The notes under the pieces: model-generated
Databases searched by the model: none
Told to the model about the DNA's origin: nothing
Seen by the model: the letters and a program-made list of their open reading frames with translations, nothing else
Translations under genes and position numbers: made by a program
Shown: piece after piece, positions 43,326-55,363 of the stretch
How the letters are laid out: each line of letters starts with the position of its first letter
Position numbering within the stretch: position 1 is the stretch's first letter
Source of the DNA: Trypanosoma brucei
Taxonomy: Eukaryota
Direction: 5' to 3'
DNA: 64,000 bases
Assembly (NCBI GenBank): GCA_000002445.1
Contig: CP000070.1
Span: 1,376,001 to 1,440,000 of the forward strand

Positions 43326-44822
43326 ATGGGAGGAGGTTCATCCGTTGAAGACAAGCGCTACTCCCGGCTGTTCCAGGAGGGTCTCAAGGCGCTTCATGAG
43401 GGACGCTTTACATATGCTGAGATTTACTTTGATCAGGCCATTGAGAAACATGAGGGTTATCCATTCTGGCAGCGCCTTGACGAAATGGTAGAATGGGAAC
43501 GAAAGGGAAACACCGGTAAGCGAAAGGGAGAGGAGCAAAATGAAAAAGATCAGTGGGCGAAAGAAACAAAGCCTGAGACAGGTGGCGGTGAGGGAGCAGG
43601 AGAAGATGGCGCTGAAATGGATGATTTGGGAGGTGAATCCGATGACACTGGTGTTCTTGTGATTCCTCTCGATCAACGGGTATTTCACGTGTTGGAGTAC
43701 CTTCAGTTGCGCACCGACATTTCCGTCGCTTATTTGCTAGCTGAACGCTACGAAGAGGCACACGAGCACCTCCAATACGTCACGTCGCACACTCATGTGC
43801 TTTTGAAGTGTTTGCGCATTGCCCGGCAGAGTAATATGTCAGAGGAATCAGGCGGAGAAGGCGGTGACACGAATCCCCTTGAGCATGTTGGTGTAGTGGA
43901 GCGGCGGTTCCGTGCAGGTTTGATGGGCATGGAAGTGGAAGTGGAAGGTATCCTCGACGCCTTTGAACAATATCTTCGCCTGCACTGGTTCTCTGGAATT
44001 GCAAACACTGTTTACATCGCCTTTGAGCGGTTCAAGGGAGGGCAGGGTGATAAGAAGCGCAAGCGTGAGCTTGACGCCGTAGTTGTGACATGTGAAACGG
44101 CCAAGTTAGAACTTCACAAACTGGTGTCCCGCCGTGCTAAGAGCTTAACGAACAGTGTGTTGATTGAGTTCCTTGAGAAGCTCATTAATGATATGGACAG
44201 CAGCGCCTCGGACTCCGAGGATGATGGAAATGCAAACGGCGGCCGCAGTGGTGGTCCCGCCGCCAAGGGCAGAAGAAAGTCGGACAACCGCGAGGATGGC
44301 GACAAGGAAGAACTTGAGAACTTCCCATTCAGTGCACGACTTCAGATGCTTTACGAGCGTCGTCTGTTGTATCGGGGCATGCCCGCCCCCATGCAAGGTG
44401 CTGCCTTGCGTTACCTGCCTTGGATGGATGAAGATATCCGTCGTGTTGTTCCCGGTACAAACTACAACCTGGAGATTCAATGTGGTATGATTGATGATAG
44501 GCGTAAGAAGCAACTCCAAAAGAAATCTCTCAAGCACACAGTACAGAAGCGGTTTGACTTCAACGACAGGGTGCTATTCAACAAGAGTATGGATGAAGAA
44601 AATGCACTGCTGTTATTTCCATTACTTCTTGTTGAAGCTGATGTGCAATTAGAACTTGGTGCTGCCACGAAAGGCATTAAAGCGCTAGATATGGTCGAGA
44701 AATTGTCTACGCAATTATACGGCAGGCAGTCGCTTGAGCAACAGAGTCTCATGCGCCGTGTGTTGGAGACCCGTAAACGCGGTGGTGCTCTTTTCATGAT
44801 GTTTGATGACCAATTGAACTAA
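43326..44822 (+). CDS. Hypothetical acidic protein with N-terminal myristoylation consensus (MGGGSS)
   Basis: ATG at 43326. G2/S6 consensus. Glu/Asp-rich stretches. 498 aa. Confidence 0.6.
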   Translation: MGGGSSVEDKRYSRLFQEGLKALHEGRFTYAEIYFDQAIEKHEGYPFWQRLDEMVEWERKGNTGKRKGEEQNEKDQWAKETKPETGGGEGAGEDGAEMDDLGGESDDTGVLVIPLDQRVFHVLEYLQLRTDISVAYLLAERYEEAHEHLQYVTSHTHVLLKCLRIARQSNMSEESGGEGGDTNPLEHVGVVERRFRAGLMGMEVEVEGILDAFEQYLRLHWFSGIANTVYIAFERFKGGQGDKKRKRELDAVVVTCETAKLELHKLVSRRAKSLTNSVLIEFLEKLINDMDSSASDSEDDGNANGGRSGGPAAKGRRKSDNREDGDKEELENFPFSARLQMLYERRLLYRGMPAPMQGAALRYLPWMDEDIRRVVPGTNYNLEIQCGMIDDRRKKQLQKKSLKHTVQKRFDFNDRVLFNKSMDEENALLLFPLLLVEADVQLELGAATKGIKALDMVEKLSTQLYGRQSLEQQSLMRRVLETRKRGGALFMMFDDQLN

Positions 44823-47800
44823 ATGCAAAGGAAGCAAAGAAGAAAATAGGATGGGTGGATGTGAGAAAAGAAAAAAAGGAAAAAGAAATGGAAGCGTCAA
44901 GGGTTTAGAGTGTTTACGCTTTCTTCTATGTTTTTGTATGTGTGGGAAAGGGGGGGGAATAAGTAACAGAGGTGAAGAAACATACGCTACTGGTGCAATT
45001 TTTTTTTCTTTTTGTACACCAAAAAGAGGCGATAGCAGGAAGTACAGGGAAGAAAAGGGGGAAAAAGGCGAGACAAAACAAGATACCAAAGGAGAGATTG
45101 AACTAATGGAAAGGGAGAGAAAAGATGTTTATCCCCCCCACCCCAATTCGTTCATTTGATTGTTTCTTTTTATGTGTGCGCGTGTGTGTAAATATATATA
45201 TATATATATATTACAGGGGGCGGTAGGAGGGAAAGAAAAAGGCAAAACAAATGCAAAAGAAAAAGGGAATTAAAGGATTTGGGAGAAAAAGGAATAGGAG
45301 TAATAAAGAATAAAAGAAGTGGGAGCAAGTACAAAACAAAGCAAAGCAAAACACAAAAACAAAACAGGTGTAAAGGATAAAGCAAACAAACAACCAAATA
45401 AAAGACAATAAGTGACATGCAAGCGATGCGGTACAAATCAAATATGTGGGGGGTCCGCTGAATGGCTCTGTGGCTAACACGTTTGAGGAGCGGGCGGAAA
45501 TATTAACGGCAGGAGTAATTTTTTTAAAAAAAATGATTCGTATGTAAGTGAAAAAGTTATGAGAAGTAAACTGACAAATGTTTTTTGTCTGTGTTTTAAC
45601 GTTGTTGTGTACATTCATGTAAAGCGAATATATATATATATATATGTGTGTGTGTGAGAGAGAGAGAGAGAGAGTAAGTCAATGAGTGTTTTTCTGTCTG
45701 AAGGTAGGAAAATGATAATTTTTTTTCTCTTGTTAAAGCAACGTTTGTATGTCGTGTTTGCCTTTTTGTTAGCAATTTCTTTTCCTGTTGTCTTTTCCCC
45801 CCTTTACTTGCTATTTCCCTTAATATCTTTACTCGCTTTTGTTCATTCTAATTTCCCTTTTCTTTTTTTTTATGTATCTTTTATCTTTTCTGTTTTTTGA
45901 ATGTAACTCAGATATGCCACTGCTTCTGGTGGAAGTAACATAAAAGTGAACAACCGTTTTTGTTTTTTTTTGTTCTTAACATTCTCTCAGCGCCAAAAAC
46001 GCGAGGGAAGAAATACTACCAAAGAATGTGTGCAACTAAATTTGAAGTTTCTTTAAAAAAACAAAAATACAAAAAAACAAAAGAGAAAAGAGGGAAAAAA
46101 GAAAAATTATCGGAGGGAGTTTGCGGTCGCGAGTATTGTCACCCGTTTTCCTTCAGAGAAGTGTTTTAAGTGTAGGAATGCATGTGTGGGGGATTTTTTT
46201 TTTTTTTTTGTGAGGACGAGGAGCAAAGTTCACACTTAAATCAGAAGTGTAAAAGAAAAGGGAGAAAATAATGATAATGCTGATGATGATGATAATAAAA
46301 GAAAAGAGAAGAGGAGAGCGCAAACAAAAAGGAGGAAGAGACAAAGTATATAAATCAATAAATAAAAAGTTGAAGATATGAGGCTAAGAGGCAGAAAGCA
46401 ACATGCAGTAATGATTGTATATGCGCAGGAGATAAAAAGTGGTGCTGCCGCAGCCCTTTTTTTTTTTTCAAATTTAATCGTTTGTTCATCCGAGAGTGAA
46501 CAAATGTTTGAACGTATTTCCACCTGATGCCCCTCCCCCCCTCAACACACACACACACACCACCTAATTTCTTGCTTTTTTTTTTGAAACTATTTATTTA
46601 TTTTTTTACTCGGTTCTCTGTTCCTCATTCACCCTAGCCGTCTCATCTCTGCGCGGTACATACACGTATAAATGTAAATAATATATATATATATATATGT
46701 TTATTTATGCGTGTGTATTACGTTATATAATATTATATAACATTATCACATGATATGGTTATTATTGTTGTTGTTACTTATTATTATCATCGCCGTGGAC
46801 ATGCAATTTATGGTCCCTTTATTCTCACATTTTTCTCTCCGTCCCACCACCTGCGCATATATATATAAATATAAATAAATAAATATATATTTATTTATTT
46901 ATTTTCACCCTCCTTTCTTTTGGCGTATTGTTGATGCTGCCGCTGATTTTTATCTCTTTCATTGACTTGAACTGTTGTGTGCCCCTCCCCCTCCCCCTCC
47001 CCCGTACGCACCGCCTCAAAACAAAAAAATTTGTGCAGTGAAAAGAACTGAACTGAAATGAAATGAACTGAAATGAAATGAACTGAACTGAAATGAAATG
47101 AACTGAAATGAAAAATGGAAAAAGAGAAGGAATATACAAATGAAAGTCGAGGAGGAGAATGAAATCAGTTAAATGTTTGGGACAATTTCTTATTTTTCCG
47201 TTTCGTTTAGTTCGTTCCGAGGCCTCATTTATGCGGCGTTACGTCCTTTTGTCTTCGTTTTGTTTTTGTTTCAATTTGATTTGTTGTGTGTTTTATTTCC
47301 CATCAATCGCGTTCTCGTCACCACCACTACAACCACCAGTTTTCTCTGGCGTGTTTTTTTTTCTTTCTTTCTCTCTTAATTTCCTTTTTCTTCTTTTTTT
47401 CTCTCTTTTTTTTTTCTTTTTGGGACGAAAGGACAAATACGCTACCACTTAACGTCGCTCACGATAGTGGACGCAATGGAATACGTGTATTTGATTTGTT
47501 TTTTTTGTTTTTTTCTCTTCACTTTTCTGTTCTCGGTGTTGTGTCAAACTTTTTTTCTTTTTTTTTACTTTTTTTAAATATATATATATATATATATTTA
47601 TATATGTTTATGTGTTTTGGTGACAGAAGCAAAGGTGTTTAAAAGAAGCAAGAGAGAGAGAGAGATTAAAAAAAAAAATGAATATTTGAGATATGTTGCC
47701 TTTTCATACACATTAATATTCATATGTGTATTATATTCTCCTTTTTCTTCTTTTTTTTTCCAACGCCTTTTCCCATTTCTTAACCGTTCTTGCATCTTAC

Positions 47801-50800
47801 AATACCTCTTGATATTACTTTGTTCATGCACTTACTCGCTTATTTTAACTTCTTTCATATTATTCACAATAACATTCCCTTTACTTTTCCCTTTGTTTTT
47901 TTTTCCTTCATCTTACTTTATCTCTTTTTTTTTCTTTTTATTTTCCGTTTCACTCCTCCTCTCTTTTCTCCAGTTCCGCATAACTTTCCATGCCCGTGTG
48001 GAAACCCTCGAAGGCAAGTCTGCGTGAGTGAGCTTGTGATATTATTTGTGATTTAAATAAATAAATAAATAAATATATTTAAAATTGATGTTTTGTAATG
48101 TTCTGCCCATTTGTTTTTTTGTATGTTTTTTTTTTCCATTTGGTTCAATAACTAAAAACACCAAAAAAAAATTTAATTATAATATAAATATATATATATA
48201 TATTAATATTTGTTGTGGCTGGGAACACATCCACAGCGGCACCAACACCAGCAACGGTTCCTGGGGGAAGGCTTTTTTTTTAAATGTTTTAAATATTTTA
48301 AATATTTTATTATTATTTTAAATGTCAAAACGAAAAAAAACCCAAAAAAGAGAGAATTTTAAAAAAAATGTATAATCAAAAAAGAACGAGAAAAGGATGG
48401 GAAAAAAGACGGAGGATAGAAAAAAAAATTAAAAAGAAAAAAAAAAGACACACTTACAAGAGGCTAACGGAAAGGCATAAAATATGTGTGAAGGATGTGA
48501 ATACCCGCCTTCTTACAGGAAAAAAAAGAAAGAAAGAAAGAAAAAATATTTCCTTCATCTTTTTTTTAAAAATATTATGTCGTGATGAAGGTTTCAATTT
48601 ATTTTATATCTTTTAGCTTTCTTTTTTTCTTTTTTTTTATCTTTTCAGTTCTATCTCCTCCGTTTTTTTTTTTTTGCCGTGTCGAGTTTGGTGTTGTTTT
48701 AAAGGTCGCGATCATTTATGTCTTTTTGTTTGTTTGTTTGTTTTCTATTTTTTTAATTTGTTTGTTTTCCTCCCAATTCACTGTTGCTTTTGCTCTTACT
48801 TTTCCTTTTTGTTTGGTCATTCTTTCTGTTTTTTCCCCCTTTCTTTTGTTATTGTTGATGGATGAGCGTACAAAATCTTTTTTTTTTATTCCGTGTTCAT
48901 ATCATTTTATTTTATTTTATTGCTTGTTCAATTTTTGTGTTTTCTTTTGTTTAGTTTTTTTTTTTTGCTTTTTATGATTTTTTTGTATGTTTCGTTTCAT
49001 GTTTTGTTGTGCATCATTTTTCCTTCTTTTTTTTGTGTTGTTATTACTCATTTTCTGTTTTTTTTTGTTAACAATAAAAAAAGAAAGAGAAAACAAATAA
49101 AAAAAACACAAAAAGTGGAGAAAGTGAAGGTGACATTTAATCGTGTGGACACGGAAAGAAAATAAAAAGAAGGCAAGCGAGAGAACAAACAAAGGGAGAA
49201 AACAACACCACGAAAATAATAATAATAATAATAATAATAAGTAATTTATAAATCAAAACCATCAACAACACTAAAAAGCAAACGAAACGAAACGAATTGA
49301 TGATGACGACGACAACACGCAACATAATATTAGAAAAAGAAGAGGATGGGAGGGGGGAGAGGGGAAAGAAATAACTAAAATAAACAAAAAAACAAAAAAG
49401 GGATTCAATGGAAGATTAAAAAAAAAAAAATAGAAATAAATGCAACAACACTCGAGAAATAAATAAAAAAAAAGAGGGAGGAGGAAAAAAAAAGGTTTTG
49501 CCTGAATGTGTATTTGGAAAGGGAAGGCTATTTATGAAGGGAATTATTATTATGTAGACTCGGCAATAAGTGAAAGTAATGGCTTTTTTTTCTTTTTCTT
49601 TTTTCTTTTTGATCATAACGCACGCTTTTCTCATCCTTTTCTTTTTCTTTCCTTCTCTTTTTTTTATTTTGTTGTTTTGGTTTCTGAGCTGTAGTTTTCG
49701 CACATGTATGATTAATTTAACTGAGTGAAGAAAGGGAAAGTGAACGTAATATATTAAATGCATATACAGCACATGTGCATATTCACATATATATATATAT
49801 ATATATATATATTTCTAACACATGTGCGTGTTTCGGTGGAAGGAATTAATATATAAAGAGGAAAGGAATAACATTATATGATACAGTGTGAAATAAAACT
49901 AATGAAGTGATATGAAAATTTTCTTTTTTCCTTTTTGTTGTTGGCGCTGAAGCAATGATAAAAAAGAAAAGGGGTTGAAAATAATGGGATTTTGAGATGA
50001 ACCAAACCCAGAGGGATGAGGTAACTTTCGTTAAAAGAAAGAGAGAAGGGAAGATATTATGTGTATGAATGAAACTCTTTTCGTTTATTTGTATGCGCGG
50101 CAACGGTGTGGCGGGATGAGAAATTAAAATTAGTGAATCAGGAGAGGATATTATGCATCACAGGGGAATACAAGCATATATAATATATATATATATATAT
50201 AAACATATAGATAGCAATTTTCATTTTATATTTTAAAGAAAAGAGAAGTGGAAAATAAAGGAGCTTTAAGAAGAGATTTCTTTCCCCCTTTAAACCCCTC
50301 TTTCCCTCTCTTTCTGTCCTCCATTCCCCGACCCCCCGTGGCGTAGGGTTCTTTTTCTTTTTTTCTTTTTTTCTTTTTTTGCACTGACTGTCATTATTAC
50401 CATTACCATTATTATTATTATTATTGTTATTTTAATGTTTTCATTATTACCAAAAAAAAAAAACAACAAATTCTCCTCACCCGCCCCTCTAGCCGGCCCT
50501 TCCACTCTCATTTTTCTTTTTCTTTTTTGTTTTTTTCTTTTTGTATCCCTGCGGAGCAAAATCAGAGGGTCACAAAAGAAAAATACCCGGAGCCACTTAT
50601 ATGCACGTATGCATTTTTTAATTAAAAAATATATATATGTATATATGTATTGGTGTATCAAGTGCGTATATGTATGTATTTATTTCTCTTAATCGTGTTT
50701 CATTATAAGAGGATAAACAGCCAAATAAACAAAAGAAAAGGAAAGAAAAGAAAAAAAAGAAAAGCAAATGCGCATCATATATGTATGTAAAAAAAACAAA

Positions 50801-52285
50801 TAGATAAATATATGTGTGATGTGTTTCAGGGCAAGGGTCCTGCGGATTGAAAGTGTTTTTCGTTGTTTCTTTACTATTAATATTATTAATTTTCTTTACT
50901 TTTTTTTCTTTTTTGATCCCTTTTCTTTTTCTTTTTTTCTTTTATTTTCCTCCTTCATTCGATTTGCTTCTTTTTTTTTTAAAAAAAAACTAATGCGCAC
51001 TGCAGTGAGACAGCGATTGGTGGCGATACGTGACTTATACAAATATGTGATGATATGAAACGAAATGAAAGAGAAAAAAAAGGGTGAAAAGGAGAATGGG
51101 AAAAATATTTAAAAAAACCAAAACAGCAAAAAAAATTGAAAAAAAAAGAAAAAATGAGGCAATATTGTCATTATTACTGTTATTATTATTATTGTTATCG
51201 ACGTTTTGGTTACATGTGCAGGGCCTTATTGCAATGAGTTGTGAGACTTTCGATTCCCTTTTTCCCTTTCCCCTTTTGGCTTTTTTTTTTCCTCCCCCCC
51301 TCTCCACCTTTCTCTCTAGTTTTCCTTCCTTACAGACCTCCCTCACAGTTTTTCAGCTTCCCAATTTTACTCTTTCGTTTTTGGTTTGAGCTTTCTTCGT
51401 AATTTGTTTGTTTGTTTATTTCTTTGTTTGTGTTTCGGTTGGATGGGGGAAGGTGGGAAGAACAACAAAAATTAAAAGAAGGGATTGAAAAGAAAGCAAA
51501 CAAACCGATCGAAAGAGAAGAAACTTCAAACACGGAGAAAATAGAGAAGGCGAAAAGAAATAGTTTCGTAGAGTTTTGTTTTTGCGTCGCACCTCACGCA
51601 CGAACTTGTGAGTGTGTATCACCCGTCTACTGAACCGTGTGTTTGGACAACGTTTGCTCGGCACTTCGAAGCGAAGAAACGCTAACAAGCAAATAAACAA
51701 ACAATGAAAAAACATCATCAAGTAATCGTTCGGTTTTTTTTTTAGCGTTTGCCTATTTCGTCCTCCTCCCCCCCCCCTGTGCATCGTCACCTGTAACGGA
51801 TGGATGTGTAATGCTTATGCGAAGATGATCCTTCCCTCTTTTGACTTATATTACTGTGTTTGATTCTACTCTCAACTTACTACTGTCTTGTTTTTCCTAT
51901 TCAATTCTTCTTTATTTGCCTTTCCTCTTGATCGTTTAATCCTTTATAGTGTTTTCTCTCTCTCTCTCTCTATTCCTTTCCTTTTCTGTTGTCTGTTTGC
52001 TTGCGCGAAGGAAGTCACAGGTTTGTGTTTCATTGTAGGACCTCACGTATAATACTGAAAGGACTCAAAAAAAAAAAATTGTTTCCATAAGCAACAGAAG
52101 CGCAACAAAGTTAAGGAAAGTGCCTTCTGACATTTTGTTGTTGCACATCGCCTACGCATATCGTTTTGTTTATCCAAGAAAATACGCTAATTTAGTCGAC
52201 ATCCTTTCTACTGCAAGCTGTGAGGCAAAATCCAGTGATTTTCCTCTTGTTTGGTGTTGACGTTTGCGAAGGGAAGTAGCGTGTT
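44823..52285. repeat. About 7.5-kb ORF-free, AT-rich, low-complexity island dense in microsatellites and homopolymer runs
   Basis: No ORF longer than about 150 codons on either strand. (TA)n at about 45190, 45625, 46685, 47580, 49790 and 50180. (TG)n(GA)n at 45640-45680. (CA)n at 46545. (CCCCT)n at 46981-47010. A GAACT/GAAAT pentamer array at 47041-47110. (AAT)n at 49205-49235. (ATT)n at 50395-50435. Long strand-asymmetric polyT and polyA blocks. Confidence 0.8.
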
Positions 52286-53836
52286 ATGTTGCGCGAAAGG
52301 AGTTGCTCATGCAGCTGCACTTCAGAGGCATGCGGGCGCCTGCATTCGTGTTCCTGCACATTCAGCAGTGACAGCTGTGGTGAGAGGAGGCCAAATAGAA
52401 TCCGACAGAGAGCTTTGGATGTATCTGCTTATATGTCCTCGCAACCTTTGTCAATGTCTTCACGGCATAATACAGATTGTAGTTGCTCATGTTCCTGCGA
52501 TTGCAGCTGTAGCTCCTCTTGCAGCTGTAGTACTGGTTGTGACTCTTCTCGCAGTTGCAGTTGCAGTTGCAGTTGCAGTTGTTGTCGTTCTGCATACTCC
52601 TCTGCATGCCGTACGTGCGGAAGGGGGAATGATGACCAATCCGATGCGGAACGTGCACCGCATTATCCCAGCTGCCAGTACAGTGAAGATTTTTTGTCTG
52701 TTGCCCCACTTCTAATTCGGTTTGGTGCCTTCCCACCGCCCCGACCCCCGGAGGCTCCGCCTGTGCGTATGTTTCCAACGCCATCAGGTCTCCTCCCACC
52801 ACCAGAGCCGCTGAGAGCGTCAACAACTACTACAGAAACAACTCAGTCACTGGTGTCCACTCGTAGCGCAGAGGGGTCTGACATCATCACCACCGTTTCA
52901 TCGGGCGAACTGCGGGCGGCAGCGGAGGTGACTTCGATGCACCGGTCAATTGGGATGCAAACAGAAATTGAGAGTCGCGAACGAGGAGCGTCACCGATAC
53001 GAAAAGCAAAAACTGATGTGGGCACAAATACGGAAATGACGTTGGAGTTACTGGACCAGCAGCAGGCCACGCTTCAGCAACAAACGATGATACTGCACCA
53101 GCACATGGAGCGGTGTGTCATTCTTGAAAGGCAGCGATATGAGGTGGATTGTGAACATGCGGCGTTCTGCGAGGATGTGAGACGTTGGCAAGAGTTGCAA
53201 AGGGAGACTGCGGTCGCGCAGTTTATTGTGGCGGTGGAAAAGAGCTACAGCGATGTGAAAGTGCAAGAGGAAGAGGGACGCGCGCTCCTCAAAACTTTCA
53301 TGGACTTTTCAAGCCAGTCAGTGATTTCACTCCAGCAGAATTGCATTGATCAAGTGCAACATCAGATGACATTTGCTCATCAACAGCGAACGATTCTTGA
53401 AGGAAAACATTACGACGTTATTGTTGATGAATTGTGGCATCGACTTGCTGTGGTGGAAATGGAGGAGGAATCACGTCGGAATCTCCATGTCCTATATGAT
53501 ACCATTTCTGACATGCGGCGCGCGCGGGAGCGAATGACAGCCGCTGAGGCAGAGGTTGAACATGAGAAGGAAATTACGGCGTCGGTGCGGAGGGATTTGC
53601 AAGACGTGCTGCAGCGTGAGAAGGAATTGCAGCTGAAATATTTGTATATCCTACGGGTGCCCACAACAACCATTATTTCCCGTGATTACAAAAACAACGA
53701 TGGCCCTGTGGGAGGTCATGATGAGTGGGACGATGACATGCCAGTGCATGTGCGGTTTTCCCGTGCGCACCGAGCGGCAGTAGAAGCTGTTAGCGCAAAG
53801 CGTCGTTGCTCCCTTGAACTTAAATGCTTTCTGTAA
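52286..53836 (+). CDS. Hypothetical protein: Cys/Ser-rich low-complexity N-terminus (CSCSCS) and coiled-coil-prone C-terminal half
   Basis: ATG at 52286. N-terminal 110 aa encoded by TGCAGT-like hexamer repeats (52490-52600). The C-terminal half is rich in E/Q/R/L heptad-like sequence (QQQATLQQQTMILHQHMERCVILERQRYE...). The true start could be a downstream Met. Confidence 0.5.
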   Translation: MLRERSCSCSCTSEACGRLHSCSCTFSSDSCGERRPNRIRQRALDVSAYMSSQPLSMSSRHNTDCSCSCSCDCSCSSSCSCSTGCDSSRSCSCSCSCSCCRSAYSSACRTCGRGNDDQSDAERAPHYPSCQYSEDFLSVAPLLIRFGAFPPPRPPEAPPVRMFPTPSGLLPPPEPLRASTTTTETTQSLVSTRSAEGSDIITTVSSGELRAAAEVTSMHRSIGMQTEIESRERGASPIRKAKTDVGTNTEMTLELLDQQQATLQQQTMILHQHMERCVILERQRYEVDCEHAAFCEDVRRWQELQRETAVAQFIVAVEKSYSDVKVQEEEGRALLKTFMDFSSQSVISLQQNCIDQVQHQMTFAHQQRTILEGKHYDVIVDELWHRLAVVEMEEESRRNLHVLYDTISDMRRARERMTAAEAEVEHEKEITASVRRDLQDVLQREKELQLKYLYILRVPTTTIISRDYKNNDGPVGGHDEWDDDMPVHVRFSRAHRAAVEAVSAKRRCSLELKCFL

Positions 53837-54059
53837 ATTCCCCATTGAATACAGCTTAATCCACAGATACGAACATGAGACCAGGGGGAGGAGGGGGGGG
53901 GGGCGTCATACGAGTTGTCAGACGTGGTTTGGGTGACTTACATATCATTACTTTTTCCCTAAGGAAGAGGATTCCCTAATATACATACGTACATCTCCAG
54001 TTTTATTGTTTCTTGTGAATTTGTGTCTTTCAACACAAACTCTTTGAGGAATAGGGTTT

Positions 54060-54205
54060 CTGCTACGTCACGTATTTTTTTGGTTTTTTTTTATTCCGCT
54101 TTAGAGCAGTTCTTCGTAACTGCAGGGATTCCGCCAGAGCATAAAGCTGTCCTTCTTTTCCCTCTTTTTTTTTTGTTGAACCCTCGTGTATTTTTTTTTT
54201 ATAGA
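54060..54205 (+). promoter_or_regulatory. Polypyrimidine tract plus AG upstream of the PAQR gene
   Basis: T-run-rich sequence ending in ttttttttttatag. Confidence 0.45.
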
Positions 54206-54379
54206 TGTTTCTTTGACACCCACACCATATAAATAGACAAAAAAAGCGGGGGTTGTTTACCTTCCCGAATCTACGACTGTTGCCTAAGGGCCTGTTGCCG
54301 CTTACGCCAGACACGTGGACACCTCGCGTGCGGAAAGCGAAAAGGACAGTACAGCGGGGAAAGTAGGCGGTTTCAAATT

Positions 54380-55363
54380 ATGAGTTCCCTCTTGAAGGTT
54401 CATCAGTTGGACCAGCGCATGCAGTTCAACCCAAATATCACTACCGGGTACCGTCCCCATATGCCGGTGAAGGAAGCTTTTCACACCTTTTTCCACTTGC
54501 ACAACGAATCGTTCAACATGTGGTCGCACGCTGTTGCTGCATGTTTCATACTTTATTTGATGGTATTTCCTCCGGTGGAGGATTTATTGGAGGTAAATGG
54601 TAAGGTTGTGCTGCGTCAGAGGGTTGTTCCGGCAGAGGAGGCCAATTTCCTACTGTCTGCCAGCCCAACTGTTGTTTTCCGGTCAACATGTCTCATGGCA
54701 TTCGTGGCATTTGTTTGCAGTGTTGCGTATCATATTCTCATACCGTGCGGGGCTTCAAGGTCCGTATGGGTACGGTTACTAAGTTGTGATGCCATCGGTA
54801 CTGTCCTTACCACCACAGGCACCGCATGGAGTTTTCTCTACCGCGGTAACGCTTGCGCTTCGCTTCACACCTCCCACCGTGTCGCCGTGCTTCTTCTGCT
54901 TCTCTCCGCCGCTGCACTCACTGCTGTGCTTCGATGTGGCTCTTGTAGCTCACCATCAGCTAGAGGAAAGGTAATGGGTTTCTTTTCGCTTCCATATCTT
55001 GCGTTGGTGTTGTGGATGGAAGTGCCCAAAGCCTATACACAGGGTCATTGCACAGCAGTAAACTATCATACACTTAGTTGGGTGTTTATTGCCTTGGGTA
55101 CTTTCGTAAACGCATCGCGGTTTCCTGAGGTGCAGGTGTGTCGGATAACCCGTTGTACCGCAAGGAAACCGGAAAAACGATCCGATATGAAACCAAAGTG
55201 GTGGAGATGGCTTATACGTTGTTTGTTGTCTAGTGATGAGATTGATTACGCGTGGAACAGCCACAACATATGGCATTATTGCGTTATCCTCAGTGTAATT
55301 GCCAAGTTGTTGGGTTGCAGATATGACATGGTGGAGTTCGAGTTGGCGCGGTGCGTGACTTGA
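54380..55363 (+). CDS. PAQR family (adiponectin-receptor / hemolysin III-like) 7-TM membrane protein
   Basis: ATG at 54380. Family motif NITTGYRPHMPVKEAFHTFFHLHNESFNMWSH (GYRP...F..HNE..N.W.H). Multiple hydrophobic helices. 327 aa is typical. PolyY plus AG at 54060-54200. Confidence 0.85.
   Translation: MSSLLKVHQLDQRMQFNPNITTGYRPHMPVKEAFHTFFHLHNESFNMWSHAVAACFILYLMVFPPVEDLLEVNGKVVLRQRVVPAEEANFLLSASPTVVFRSTCLMAFVAFVCSVAYHILIPCGASRSVWVRLLSCDAIGTVLTTTGTAWSFLYRGNACASLHTSHRVAVLLLLLSAAALTAVLRCGSCSSPSARGKVMGFFSLPYLALVLWMEVPKAYTQGHCTAVNYHTLSWVFIALGTFVNASRFPEVQVCRITRCTARKPEKRSDMKPKWWRWLIRCLLSSDEIDYAWNSHNIWHYCVILSVIAKLLGCRYDMVEFELARCVT

Noticed and set aside
47041-47110. GAACT/GAAAT pentamer array as a possible protein-binding satellite or centromeric repeat
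   Set aside because: It covers only about 70 bp, with no higher-order 147-bp-type periodicity visible. I treat it as one of many microsatellites within the AT-rich island.
52251-52715. 154-aa ORF overlapping the start of the 52286 gene in another frame (VAVAVAVAV)
   Set aside because: It is an alternative frame of the hexamer microsatellite. The 516-aa frame continues into non-repetitive coiled-coil sequence.
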